NCBI GenBank assembly: GCA_038230375.1
Contig: JBBRNJ010000021.1
Span: forward strand, 1-64,000
DNA: 64,000 nucleotides
Direction of reading: 5' to 3'
From: Polyangiales bacterium
GTDB lineage: Bacteria > Myxococcota_A > Polyangia > Polyangiales > Polyangiaceae
A program made the translations under genes and the position numbers. Position 1 is the first letter of the stretch. Every line of letters begins with the position of its first letter. Below are positions 1-9,854 of this stretch, piece by piece. The notes under the pieces are model-generated. The model was not told where the DNA came from and did not search any database. It worked only from the letters and a program-made list of their open reading frames with translations.

Positions 1-391
1 GCGCGCCGATCCGGAAGTCGGTCCCGAGATCGCTGAGCAGGAACTGCCCGCGCAGGTCCACGCCGTACTCATTGCCAAGGAGGCTGTCGGAAGGAGCAAA
101 GAGCATGACGAGCGGAAGGAGGCATGCGGCGGGCGCGCACCATCGAAGGCCGGGCTCCACGGGCCAGTCGAACTTCTCGTGATGCTCCGCATACGGCGAA
201 CGCACGGAGTGAACACCAACGAGCAGGCTACTGCCGCCGCCAACGCCTCCGCCCATTCCGTCAGGCAAAGCGACCATTCCCCCGAGCCCGATCTCTCCCG
301 CCGGCCAGCGCCGATCGTCCCAGTCCGCGCGCGCAGCGGTCGCGACGAGGACCAGACCGGCGCCGAGAACGACTGCGGGCAAGAGCTGCAT
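1..391 (-). CDS. Secreted/outer-membrane hypothetical protein, truncated by left window edge
   Basis: Not in ORF track. Manual translation from ATG at 391: MQLLPAVVLGAGLVLVATAARADWDDRRWPAGEIGLGG..., open to position 1, with a signal-peptide-like N-terminus ending AxA. Confidence 0.6.
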   Translation of the reverse strand, partial: MQLLPAVVLGAGLVLVATAARADWDDRRWPAGEIGLGGMVALPDGMGGGVGGGSSLLVGVHSVRSPYAEHHEKFDWPVEPGLRWCAPAACLLPLVMLFAPSDSLLGNEYGVDLRGQFLLSDLGTDFRIGA

Positions 392-485
392 CCGTCTGAA
401 ACGTCCGAGCCCGCAGGACCTTACACGTTGACAGCTGCACGCCGCGTCGCGGGCGCGCTTGCCGTCCTCGCGCTTCCGTCATCGT

Positions 486-1766
486 TCAAGGTCCAGACCT
501 GGCGCCGACGTGGCGGCGGAGCACCTCGATCAGCACGACGGCAAGCAGGACCAGGCCCGACAGCATGTAGAGGCCCGTCGTGTAGGCGCCAGTGCGATCC
601 TTCAGCGCCCCAAACCCATAGGGCAGAGCGAACGCGCCGATTTGCGAGAGCGTGTTCATCGCCGCGATCGAGACCGCCACCAGGCGGCGCTGCACGATCG
701 CGGTGGTGACCATGACCGTGCACAGCGTCACCGAGGTCCACACGAGCGTCAGGAGCATCGAAGCCGCGACCACGGCCACGCGTGAGGGCGCGAGCGCAAT
801 GGCAAATAGCGACAGGGCGAAGCCGGCGGTGCTCACGAAGAACATCAGGAACCGCTCGTTGCGCCGATCGGTATACCAACCCGTGAAGAGCATGCCGACG
901 ATGCCGAGCACGCCGCCGACGCTCACGAGGAGCCCGACCTGATCGCGCGGGAGCCCCGTGCGCTCTGCGAGGATCGTTGGCGCTGACAAGAAATACGTCA
1001 TGAACGGGCCAATCGTGAAGAAGCCGATCACACCCAGGATCCACACGCGTGGAAGGCGAAGCGGTTCGAGCATGTCGTGGCCGACGGGACCGGCGAGGAG
1101 CGCGTCATCTTTCATCAGCTCTTCTTCGATCGCGTCTTTCTCCGCATCGGTGAGCCACTTCGCGCGTCGCGGCTCGTCGGGCAGCATGAAGAACACCGCC
1201 ACACCAACGAACACCGCGGGAAGCCCCTCCACCATCAGCAGCCACTGCCAGCCGCGCAGCCCTAGCTTCTGATCCAGGTCGAGCAGCGGTCCCGACACAC
1301 CTCCCATCACCACGGAGGCAAGGGGCCCCGCAATGTAGAACCGACTCACCGCGCGGCCGCGCTGAGACATGGGGAACCAGGCTGCCAGGTAGACGACGAC
1401 GGCGGGAAAGAACCCGGCCTCCGCGGCGCCAAGGAGAAATCGCACGATGTAGAACTGCAGCGGCGTGCGCACGAAGATCATGCCCGCCGCGAGCAAACCC
1501 CACGTCACCATGATTCGAGCGATCCACCGGCGCGCCCCGAAGCGAGCCAAGAAGATGTTCGAAGGCACTTCGAGCATGGCGTAGCTGAGGAAGAAGAGCC
1601 CGCCGCCGAGTCCGTACACGGTGGCCGAGAACTTCAGATCCTCGTTCATCTGCTTCGCCGCGAATCCGATGTTCGCACGGTCCATGAACGCAATGAGATA
1701 GGCGAGCCCGAGAAGCGGAAGGATGCGCCACGAGGCCTTCGCCGCGGCCGTTCCGTTGTCACCCAT
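486..1766 (-). CDS. MFS transporter, anion:cation symporter family (tartrate/aromatic acid transporter-like)
   Basis: AFMDRANIGFA, GLFFLSYAMLEVPSN, GARRWIARIM, RFLLGAAEAGFFP and GWQWLLMVEGLP motifs; about 12 hydrophobic segments. Start is ATG 1766 or GTG 1793. Confidence 0.92.
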   Translation of the reverse strand: MGDNGTAAAKASWRILPLLGLAYLIAFMDRANIGFAAKQMNEDLKFSATVYGLGGGLFFLSYAMLEVPSNIFLARFGARRWIARIMVTWGLLAAGMIFVRTPLQFYIVRFLLGAAEAGFFPAVVVYLAAWFPMSQRGRAVSRFYIAGPLASVVMGGVSGPLLDLDQKLGLRGWQWLLMVEGLPAVFVGVAVFFMLPDEPRRAKWLTDAEKDAIEEELMKDDALLAGPVGHDMLEPLRLPRVWILGVIGFFTIGPFMTYFLSAPTILAERTGLPRDQVGLLVSVGGVLGIVGMLFTGWYTDRRNERFLMFFVSTAGFALSLFAIALAPSRVAVVAASMLLTLVWTSVTLCTVMVTTAIVQRRLVAVSIAAMNTLSQIGAFALPYGFGALKDRTGAYTTGLYMLSGLVLLAVVLIEVLRRHVGARSGP

Positions 1767-1793
1767 GGGCTGCGACCTACCGGAAGCTGCCAC

Positions 1794-2699
1794 CTACGCG
1801 GGCGTCTCCGAACCGACCTCGGCCTTCACCGCAAGGATGACCGCCTTCTGCGCGTGGGCGAGCACCCGGTCGACGTTGCACGACACGTAGAGGATCTCGT
1901 GCACGTCCCACCCCACCACGGGAACGACCTCGAGCGCCCCCCGACGCAGGTGCTCGTCTGCGCTGATGAGCGGGCCAAAGACGACCTGCGGCGTACGTGC
2001 GGCCAGGTCGAGCGCCAGAGCGATGGTCTGCACCTCGTGGCCAAGCAGTCGCTGTGCGCGCGGCAGCGGGCACTCGTCGTCGAGGGGGACGAACGTGCGG
2101 TCGAGGCTGTAGAGGGCGCTGATGAACGGCACATTTCTCAGTTTCTCTTCCGTCACTGGGCCGTCGAGACGTAGCTGCGCCGCGAGCTTCGGTGACGCGA
2201 ACAGCGCCATCGAGACCGTCCCGACGCGCGTCTCCGACCAGAGCGGAGGCAAGCGGGCGGGGCCAAGGGTGAGCACGAGATCGAAGAAGCCTTCGGACCC
2301 ATGCGAGCGCACGAGCGCCGGCGCCATCTCGACCGCACGCAGGCGAAACCCTGGCAGTGCCGCCGCAATGCCAGGCACGAACCGCGACACCATGAACGCA
2401 GCCGCGGCGATCGTCAGCTCCGGCAGCTCCTCCGCGCGGTGCCCGATCTTGCCGAGATGGGACACGACATCCGACAGCTCCGCCGCGATGCGCATGCCCC
2501 CTTCGCTGATCTCCACGCCACGCGCCCCACGGGCGAGCAGCGTGGCCTGGAACTGTGCCTCCAGGCGCGACACGGCCTTGGACACCTGCGATGGCGTCAC
2601 CTTCAGCTCGCGCGCTGCACCCGTGATCGATCCGGTGCGCACGACAGTGAGGAAGGTCATCACGTCGGCGATGCGGAGATCCGCGAGCTGCTCACCCAT
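1794..2699 (-). CDS. LysR-family transcriptional regulator
   Basis: N-terminal HTH FLTVVRTGSITGAARELKVTPSQVSKAVSRLE; 301 aa; directly upstream of the MFS gene. Confidence 0.92.
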   Translation of the reverse strand: MGEQLADLRIADVMTFLTVVRTGSITGAARELKVTPSQVSKAVSRLEAQFQATLLARGARGVEISEGGMRIAAELSDVVSHLGKIGHRAEELPELTIAAAAFMVSRFVPGIAAALPGFRLRAVEMAPALVRSHGSEGFFDLVLTLGPARLPPLWSETRVGTVSMALFASPKLAAQLRLDGPVTEEKLRNVPFISALYSLDRTFVPLDDECPLPRAQRLLGHEVQTIALALDLAARTPQVVFGPLISADEHLRRGALEVVPVVGWDVHEILYVSCNVDRVLAHAQKAVILAVKAEVGSETPA

Positions 2700-2812
2700 C
2701 TGTCTGCCACGGACGGCGGCCAGGTTGCATGCGCGGATCTTAAACGAACTTCAGGTCCAGCGCGACGGGCCCGTTCATGAAACGAACACGCCGCGGACCT
2801 GCGAGTCGACGC

Positions 2813-3739
2813 TCACTGCACGTGGGTGCACACGCCGGGGCCACCGACGACGCCGTCGGTCGGAATCTTGATCGCGTTGGCGTCGAGCTGCACGCCCGCG
2901 GTCTGGGCGAGCGTCCGGCCGGTGAGCGTAGACGCCGTGTTCATCGTGACGGCGGTGCCCGAGATGACCGTGCCGAAGAACTTGACGGTCTTGCCGATCG
3001 TGACCTCCTTGCTGATGCGCCAGAACACACCGCACGCTTCGGCGCCGTTTGCGAGCACCACCTCCGCGGCATCGGCAACCGTGAGCGTCATGTTGCCCCT
3101 GATGATGAAGAAGGCGTTCGGGTTGCCGCGCGCGTCAAGGGTGAGGTGCCCATTCAAGAGGACGTCGGCGCTGGCGCTGTTCATGCACGTCACGCCCGGG
3201 TAGAGCGTGACGTCACCCGTGAGGCCGCCCACCACGTTCGTGTAGTCGGCGTCGCACGCGCGCGGGTCAATGTTGCCAACCAGGGCCGTGACGTCCTTCT
3301 GCGCGTTGATCGTGCGCTGATCGTTCGGCGCCACCGAGTCGATTCCATACTTCGTGAACCCAGCCGCGTCGAAGCCGGTGATCGTCGAGGTCGCGCCGGC
3401 GCTGACGCCGAGCTCGCCCGTGATGGTCGAGTCGTTGGCCGTCGTGATGCCGCTGTATGCGAGCACCGCGAACGTCTTCGCGGTCCCTACGGTCGGTCCC
3501 TGATAGGGGCCGGCGTCGCCGCCGTCACCGGCATTGGCGTCGGAGGCTCCCCCGCCCGCATCGGAGCCGTTGCCGCCGCCACCGCTGTCTCCGCCGTCGG
3601 AACCCGCGTGTGGCCCCCCGTCCCCTCCAGCCTGGGTCGTGGTGTCGTCACCACAGCCCAGCGCGAGAAGCGCGCCGAGGGGAAACATGAGGAGACCGCG
3701 AAGCGCAAACCTGGTCGAAGAACGTAGAGCTATTTTCAT
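2813..3739 (-). CDS. Ice-binding family (DUF3494) lipoprotein
   Basis: Lipobox LALGC, Gly/Asp linker, then FAVLA..GIT...STITGELGVS, TLYPGV, LTLDARGNPNAFFI, VVLANGAEACGVFW, FFGTVI and LTGRTLAQTAGVQLDAN, typical of the DUF3494 beta-solenoid. Confidence 0.85.
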   Translation of the reverse strand: MKIALRSSTRFALRGLLMFPLGALLALGCGDDTTTQAGGDGGPHAGSDGGDSGGGGNGSDAGGGASDANAGDGGDAGPYQGPTVGTAKTFAVLAYSGITTANDSTITGELGVSAGATSTITGFDAAGFTKYGIDSVAPNDQRTINAQKDVTALVGNIDPRACDADYTNVVGGLTGDVTLYPGVTCMNSASADVLLNGHLTLDARGNPNAFFIIRGNMTLTVADAAEVVLANGAEACGVFWRISKEVTIGKTVKFFGTVISGTAVTMNTASTLTGRTLAQTAGVQLDANAIKIPTDGVVGGPGVCTHVQ

Positions 3740-3830
3740 AGCTCATTGGAGGTGCACCCATCGCGCCGTCAGGAACGCCCCGCAAAAACCCAGTGAATTC
3801 GAGCGAATTTCAAAGTGAGACCGGAGGGGT

Positions 3831-5213
3831 GTGGTGCAAAGCGCCACGCATCCACGCATTCGCGCAGCGGTCACAGAAGCGACCACCCGATCGGGGACGG
3901 CTCGTTCCATGGGCAGGCTCGCGGGGAAGGATCGACGGCTCTCGGGCGTATGGTTCCTGGGTGAGGCCCTTCTGAGCGATACGACCGAGAAGGATGTTCG
4001 ACGGGTTCACGAGCGCATGGCGATGCTCGAAGGGCAGCTGCGCGAGCTCGATACGCCCGTGCAGTCCACACCTGCGTGGGCGTGGGCGTTCCTTGGTTTG
4101 TGCCTTGGGCCCATGGGCGCGATGGTGCTTGGTGCGATCGGCTTCTCGATCTGGATGGTCGCGCAGAGCCCCCCACATGAGCGCGTGCACGAGCCCGCGA
4201 CCGTGGGCCCGCCCACTCCGCCGCCAAGGCGTGTCATCGGTGTGCGCTGGTATCCGCAGTCGGACGTGACGCCGCTCTCCGTCGATCTCAACGGGGACGG
4301 GCAGGACGATCTCGTTGGGCTCGGGTGGAACGGCGGTCGGGAGAGGCAGCTCCTGGCCGTGGCCGTCGACGGAAAGACGTTCGAGCCGCTGTGGTCGGCG
4401 GGTCCCTTCCGCGGCACATGGCACTCCGAGATCACGCACCTCTTCATGGCGAACGGTCGCATCGTCGTGACGGATGCCGCTGGCGACATCCACGTGCTGA
4501 ACAAGATCACCGGCAAGGAAGAACGCACCATCGCCTATCCAGCCGGCGTCGAGCTCGCATGCGACGCGGAGAAGAGCGACGTGCTCCTCGTGACCTCCAC
4601 GCGGTGGGGCGGCCACGGCGCGGAGGCCTTCGATCTGTCATCGGGCTTCAGCGTGGACGTACCGAAGGGCCGCACGTGCAGCTACAACGACGGCGCGCGC
4701 CGCAGGGACAAGAGCACCGTGGGCCTTGTCGCCGTCACGAGCCTTGACGACCAGCGCTTCAAGTCGCCGAAGGACACGCACGTGTGGTCCGGGTACGAAG
4801 TCGGCGGCACCATGCTCGGCACCGGGCGCCACGACGAAAAGGAACGCACTGCGAGCGAATCCTACGGAATCGGTTGGGACACGAAGACGGCGAAGGTCGT
4901 CTGGCAGCACCCACTCATCGACGTGGGAGACGTGGAGCACGACCAGCTCGGCCGAATGCTCGTGATCGACGACGCGGTCATCACCGTCTATCAAGCAGAA
5001 GCGGAGCCGCGCAAAGGCCCGTTCCGGGTGGTCGCATGGAGCGTCGCCACCGGCGAGAAGAAATGGGCGACGACGTTGCCCTCCTCCGCGGAAGGCTCAT
5101 GGCTTGGCGCGTTCGGCGCGGGCACGGGCAGGCTCTTCGTCGTCACGAACCAGGGACTCCACGTGCTCGACCGCAGCAGCGGGGCCGTCATCACCACGCT
5201 GGAGGATCTCTGA
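3831..5213 (+). CDS. Membrane-anchored PQQ-like beta-propeller protein (paralog 1)
   Basis: Coiled-coil N-terminus, one TM helix, DLNGDGQDDLVG motif, repeated xD..TG...W blades. The true start is probably later (3909-4017). Confidence 0.7.
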   Translation: MVQSATHPRIRAAVTEATTRSGTARSMGRLAGKDRRLSGVWFLGEALLSDTTEKDVRRVHERMAMLEGQLRELDTPVQSTPAWAWAFLGLCLGPMGAMVLGAIGFSIWMVAQSPPHERVHEPATVGPPTPPPRRVIGVRWYPQSDVTPLSVDLNGDGQDDLVGLGWNGGRERQLLAVAVDGKTFEPLWSAGPFRGTWHSEITHLFMANGRIVVTDAAGDIHVLNKITGKEERTIAYPAGVELACDAEKSDVLLVTSTRWGGHGAEAFDLSSGFSVDVPKGRTCSYNDGARRRDKSTVGLVAVTSLDDQRFKSPKDTHVWSGYEVGGTMLGTGRHDEKERTASESYGIGWDTKTAKVVWQHPLIDVGDVEHDQLGRMLVIDDAVITVYQAEAEPRKGPFRVVAWSVATGEKKWATTLPSSAEGSWLGAFGAGTGRLFVVTNQGLHVLDRSSGAVITTLEDL

Positions 5214-6298
5214 TGGACGAGAGCTATCGCAGCGAGCTCGCCTCCGCGCAGGAGCGCGTGCGTACACTCGAAGCGGAGCTTCGCGCCCGTGGAGGGCCGC
5301 GGAAGCCGCCGCCGCGCCCGCTCACGTACATCCTGTGTGGCGTGGGTGTGTCGGTGTTTGCGATGGCCCTCGTCGGAGTCATCGGTGTGCGCGCCGTTCA
5401 GCGCATGAGCGAGCTGGATGGCATACCGCCGCAGCCACTGCCCACTTCGCCCATCGTGCAGGCACCTTCGCTCCACGGCGCGCAGTGGTACACGCCGCTC
5501 TTGCGACCGGAGCGCACGCCGATCCTCATGGACGTGAACGCAGACGGCCAGAAGGATCTCGTGGGCCTCGCGTGGGATCCGCGCGACGACGAGCACGCGC
5601 TCCACGCAGTGGCGTTCGACGGCAAGACCCACGAGATGCTCTGGCACTCGGAGGGCATCTCGACGCAGTGGATGTCATCGCAGACGAGCATCCACAGGGA
5701 CGGCGAGGTGCTGATCGTCACCGACAGCCGCAACGAGATCCGCGTCATCGACGCGCACAGCGGCAAGGTGAACGAGCTCACGCTAGCTCCCAGCGCGAAG
5801 TATGCGGACGTGGAGCCACCCACCGAGCGGAACGACGCCCTTCGTCAGGCGACGCCCACCCCCAAGAAGAAGGGCTTTTACCCGGGCCAGGCCTATCCCG
5901 CGGGGGACATGGTCGCGACCCTGGGTTGGCTCGAGGGCGGCGAGCACGCGGGCTGGCTCGTGGGCTGGAACAAGAAGACGAAGGCGATCACCTATGAGGT
6001 GCCGCTCCTGCGGGACGGCGACGTCACGGCCCCGCGCAGTGGCACGGCGCAGGCGACCGACGACGAACGCATCTACGCCACGTTCGTCTCGGCGGATACA
6101 AAGCAAGCACGCGTGGTCGCGCGCTCACTCAAGACAGGTGAGGCGGTCTGGACGACGGACATTTCGGGCACCGACGAGGGCGCGCAGTTCCGTGCCCTGC
6201 ATTCGGAGGACGGTCAGCTCTTCTTGGCGGTCGACGGCACCTTGGTCGTGCTCGACGCGGCGGTCGGACGTGAGGTCTCGCGCCTGGTCGGCTTCTGA
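5213..6298 (+). CDS. Membrane-anchored PQQ-like beta-propeller protein (paralog 2)
   Basis: ATG 5213 overlaps the upstream TGA; MDESYRSELASAQERVRTLEAEL, TM helix, DVNADGQKDLVGLAW, RSLKTGEAVWT, VLDAAVGREV. Confidence 0.72.
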   Translation: MDESYRSELASAQERVRTLEAELRARGGPRKPPPRPLTYILCGVGVSVFAMALVGVIGVRAVQRMSELDGIPPQPLPTSPIVQAPSLHGAQWYTPLLRPERTPILMDVNADGQKDLVGLAWDPRDDEHALHAVAFDGKTHEMLWHSEGISTQWMSSQTSIHRDGEVLIVTDSRNEIRVIDAHSGKVNELTLAPSAKYADVEPPTERNDALRQATPTPKKKGFYPGQAYPAGDMVATLGWLEGGEHAGWLVGWNKKTKAITYEVPLLRDGDVTAPRSGTAQATDDERIYATFVSADTKQARVVARSLKTGEAVWTTDISGTDEGAQFRALHSEDGQLFLAVDGTLVVLDAAVGREVSRLVGF

Positions 6299-7464
6299 GG
6301 CACGCCCACCGCGGTGAAGACCAGATCGTACTTCTGGCCCGGGTTCCACATCAGGTAGCCGTTGGCGCCTGCGTGCGCGGCGCTCTGCACTTCTTCCGCC
6401 ACGTACGGAGCTCCGTAGTTCGGTGACTCGTAGCGCGCGGCCTGCAGCCATGGACGAAGCACGGCCGCGTGCGGCACGTCCGCGATCTGCGCCATCATCA
6501 GCTTCGTGGCCATGCCCACGAGCTCGGGATGGTTGCCCGGCACGTCGAAGCCAGCAAAGCCCTCCGTGTAGTGAGACGGGTAGACCATGGGCGAGAGCGC
6601 CTCACACTCCGCGGCGAGCAGCGTCGGATCCTGCCCCAGCCGCTCGATGTCTTCCTTCTTGCCGAACGCGATGACCCCGAAGATGTCGAGTGACAGCGGG
6701 ATGCCGCGTGCGCGCGTGATTTCGTGTGTATCATGCACGAACTTCGTGATGACCTGCTTCTGCGTGAGGTTGCGCTCCGCCAGGTGGAAGTCTGCGTTGT
6801 GGATCCCGTTCACGGGGTAGCGCACGTAGTCCAGCTCGATCTCGTCGGCGCCCGCGTCCATCGCCTCGCGCGCCAGGTCCTGCACGAAGCGCTGATTGGC
6901 GACGTTCGACGGATCAAGCCAGCCGATCGGATACGCGCGATGTGCCTTGCTCTGCACGGACTGCGCGGGGCGCGCGCGCGCCATGAGCTCGTCCTCGAAG
7001 CAGCTGATGCGAACGATGACGCGAATGCCTTCGTCCTTCACGGACTTGATGAGCGCGTGCAGATCCTTGATCGGCGGATCCTTGATCTTCTGGGTCTCCC
7101 GCGCGAGCGGCACCTTCGACGGGTAGGTGATGATGCCGTCGTAGTCCTTTGCATCGAGCACGATGGCGTTGAGGCCGTGGCGCTTCATGCCCGCGAGCAA
7201 ATGCGGAAAGTCGGGGCGCGCGGCCGTGACGCCACGCACGTAGATCCCGCGCACGTCGCCACGCGCTGCGGCCATGCGGCTCTCGCGCATCACGTGCGGC
7301 GCCTCTGCTGCAGGCGCGAGCGACGGAAGGTCCTCGGTCCGCTCGTGCACGCTCACCTGCGTGAGCTTGTGTTTCTTGTGATGCCCACCATGTCCGGCAG
7401 CAAGCGCGGGGAGCGCGACGGTGGCAGCAAGACCTGCAGCGAGCAGCGAGACCGGGAGTTTCAT
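6214..7464 (-). CDS. Putative glycoside hydrolase (DUF4015 family), secreted
   Basis: Signal peptide; RGIYV, NAIVLDAKD, RISCFED, WLDP, DEIELDYVRYP, SPMVYPSHY, RPWLQA and GYLMWNP motifs. Confidence 0.82.
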   Translation of the reverse strand: MKLPVSLLAAGLAATVALPALAAGHGGHHKKHKLTQVSVHERTEDLPSLAPAAEAPHVMRESRMAAARGDVRGIYVRGVTAARPDFPHLLAGMKRHGLNAIVLDAKDYDGIITYPSKVPLARETQKIKDPPIKDLHALIKSVKDEGIRVIVRISCFEDELMARARPAQSVQSKAHRAYPIGWLDPSNVANQRFVQDLAREAMDAGADEIELDYVRYPVNGIHNADFHLAERNLTQKQVITKFVHDTHEITRARGIPLSLDIFGVIAFGKKEDIERLGQDPTLLAAECEALSPMVYPSHYTEGFAGFDVPGNHPELVGMATKLMMAQIADVPHAAVLRPWLQAARYESPNYGAPYVAEEVQSAAHAGANGYLMWNPGQKYDLVFTAVGVPQKPTRRETSRPTAASSTTKVPSTAKKS

Positions 7465-7622
7465 ACAGCCATGGGATCAGCTTCCGGGAGGCACGAGCAA
7501 CTTTCGCGCACATCTACCTACAGCCCTCCAGTCCGGACGCTCCCAAATAGTTTGTCACTGGGGAGGGCGAGGTTGCGTTGGGCCTTTGAACGCGCCGGTT
7601 TGGCGCAACGAAAGGCAATACG

Positions 7623-9839
7623 ATGACCCAGTCTTGGCTCTCCGCTCTCTCTCCCTTCGGCTCTCCGTACCGCATGCTCCAGACCCCCGAGCAGAGTGAT
7701 GTGACGGAGGTCGTGGCGCGGCGTGGCGCCGAGCTCGTCACCGCGAGCGGGGAGTCGCTGCCCCTCACCGGCGTCGCGCTCTCCGTGGTCGCGAAGGGCG
7801 GCATCGCCCGCGCAGTGCTCACACAGACGTTCGAGAACGATCACGACGAGCCGCTGCATGTCACCTACAAGATGCCGCTGCCCGCGGACGGCGCGGTGAG
7901 CGGGTACGCGTTCGAGATCGGCGAGCGCACCATCACGGGCGACGTCCGGCCCAAGGCGCAGGCGCGCGCGGACTTCGAGGCGGCGCTCGCGGAAGGGAAG
8001 ACCGCCGGCATCCTGGAGCAGGAGAAGCCGGACATCTTCACGCAGGAGATCGGCAACGTGCCGCCGCGCACGCGCGTCACCGCGAAGATCACCATCGACA
8101 TACGCCTTGCGTGGCTGCCCGAGGGCGAGTGGGAGCTCCGGTTCCCCACGGTGATCGGCCCGCGTTACGTGGGCGCGAACGACACCGCAGAGACCGCGCG
8201 CGCCGTGCACATCGGCGTGGCGAAGAGCGGCGTGAGCGCGCGGCTCTCCCTCTCGCTCTCCGTGAAGGACGAGCTCACGCAGGGCGCGCGCATCGGCTCA
8301 CCCACGCACGCAGTGACGGCGAAGGATGATGGCTCCGTGGAGCTGTCCGCAAAGGATGGGACGAAGCTCGATCGCGATCTGGTCGTGCGCTGGCGCGTTG
8401 CGAAGCTGGAGACGGGCGTGTCGCTCTCGCTCGGGCGCAAGGGCGAGCGTACGTTCGGACTGCTCACGGTTGTCCCGCCGTCGATCGACGCGAAGAAGGA
8501 GCCGATCGCGCGTGACCTCACGGTTCTGCTGGATACCAGCGGCTCGATGGGCGGCGTGCCGCTCACGCATGCGAAGAAGCTCATTCGCGGCCTCATCGAC
8601 TCGCTCGAGTCGCGTGATCGCGTCGAGCTCATCGAGTTCTCCGACTCGCCGCGCGCCTACAAGAAAGAAGCCGTGTCGGCGACCGTGGACGAGAAGCGGC
8701 GCGCGATCGAGTGGGTGGAGAAGCGTGAGGCCGGCGGCGCCACGGAGATGCGAACAGCGGTGCTCGCGGCGCTCTCGCCTCTGCGAGCGGATGCGCAGCG
8801 CCAGGTGGTGCTCGTGACCGATGGCTACATCGGCGGCGAGGAGGAGATCCTCCGCGTGCTGGCCGACGCGCTCCCAAAAGGATGTAGAATGCACATGGTT
8901 GGCGTGGGCGCAGCGCCGAACCGCAGCCTGGCCACGGCGATCGCGCGCGCGGGTCGTGGCGCGGAGATCCTCACCACGGAGGGCGAGGACATGGAGCGCG
9001 CCGCAAAGCGTCTCGTGGACCGGACGCGTGCGCCCATGCTCACCGAGCTCACGGTCAGTGGCTCCGCGGTGAGCGTGCTTGCGCCGGAGTCGGTGCCCGA
9101 CGTGTATGCCGGCGCGCCGCTGCTGGTCGCCATGGAGCTTCTGGCGGGCGGCGGCGAGATCACGGTGCGAGGGACGACGGCAGCGGGTCCATGGGAGCGG
9201 ACCGTGCGCGCGCCGCGTGTGGAGACGGTGACGGAAGAGGGGGCGATCGCCGCGCTCTTCGCCAGGGAGCGGGTGGCCGACCTTGATGTGAAGTGGGCGA
9301 TGGGCCGCGATGCGTCGGAGATCGATCGCCAGGTGGAGTGCATCGGCGTGGACTTCCAGATCGCGACGCGGCTCACGTCGTTCGTCGCCATCGACGAGGA
9401 GCGCAGCGTGGATCCCGGCGCGCCGTATCGCAAGGTGAGCGTGCCTCAGGAGCTGCCGCACGGCACCACGTTCCAGGGCTTCGGTCTGGGCGGCGCGCCC
9501 ATGCCGCAGTCCGCTCCGATGCCGATGTCCTTCGCGGGGCCGATGCCGATGTCTCTCGCACAGCCGATGCAAAGCGGCGCGGCACCGATGGGCGGCACGT
9601 CGGCCGGCTCCTTCACGCCGGCGCGATCGAAGTCGAAGATAGCAGCGCCGCCTGGGTACGCTGGGGCACCGCCGCCGGCGCCTTCGCAGGACATGACCCG
9701 GAGCGCGGGCACGGGCGCGCCCATGGGAGCGCCGCTGGCTCGCAAGACCCGTAGCCGCGCGTGGCTCTTCATCGCGCTCTTCTTCGCGCTGGGGCTCATC
9801 GCGCTCGCCGTGTACCTCTTCCTCCACTTCTTCCACTGA
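7623..9839 (+). CDS. VIT + von Willebrand factor A domain protein with C-terminal TM helix
   Basis: VIT domain (LTQTFEN...YKMPLPADGAVSGY...IGNVPP), MIDAS DTSGS...GAT...TDG, Pro/Met-rich linker, C-terminal hydrophobic helix. Confidence 0.88.
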   Translation: MTQSWLSALSPFGSPYRMLQTPEQSDVTEVVARRGAELVTASGESLPLTGVALSVVAKGGIARAVLTQTFENDHDEPLHVTYKMPLPADGAVSGYAFEIGERTITGDVRPKAQARADFEAALAEGKTAGILEQEKPDIFTQEIGNVPPRTRVTAKITIDIRLAWLPEGEWELRFPTVIGPRYVGANDTAETARAVHIGVAKSGVSARLSLSLSVKDELTQGARIGSPTHAVTAKDDGSVELSAKDGTKLDRDLVVRWRVAKLETGVSLSLGRKGERTFGLLTVVPPSIDAKKEPIARDLTVLLDTSGSMGGVPLTHAKKLIRGLIDSLESRDRVELIEFSDSPRAYKKEAVSATVDEKRRAIEWVEKREAGGATEMRTAVLAALSPLRADAQRQVVLVTDGYIGGEEEILRVLADALPKGCRMHMVGVGAAPNRSLATAIARAGRGAEILTTEGEDMERAAKRLVDRTRAPMLTELTVSGSAVSVLAPESVPDVYAGAPLLVAMELLAGGGEITVRGTTAAGPWERTVRAPRVETVTEEGAIAALFARERVADLDVKWAMGRDASEIDRQVECIGVDFQIATRLTSFVAIDEERSVDPGAPYRKVSVPQELPHGTTFQGFGLGGAPMPQSAPMPMSFAGPMPMSLAQPMQSGAAPMGGTSAGSFTPARSKSKIAAPPGYAGAPPPAPSQDMTRSAGTGAPMGAPLARKTRSRAWLFIALFFALGLIALAVYLFLHFFH

Positions 9840-9854
9840 GGCGCACCCGGACCG

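Noticed and set aside
4784..5212. Upstream extension of ORF 4784..6298
   Set aside because: Alternate frame of the preceding gene; ATG 5213 overlapping the stop matches the paralog's architecture.
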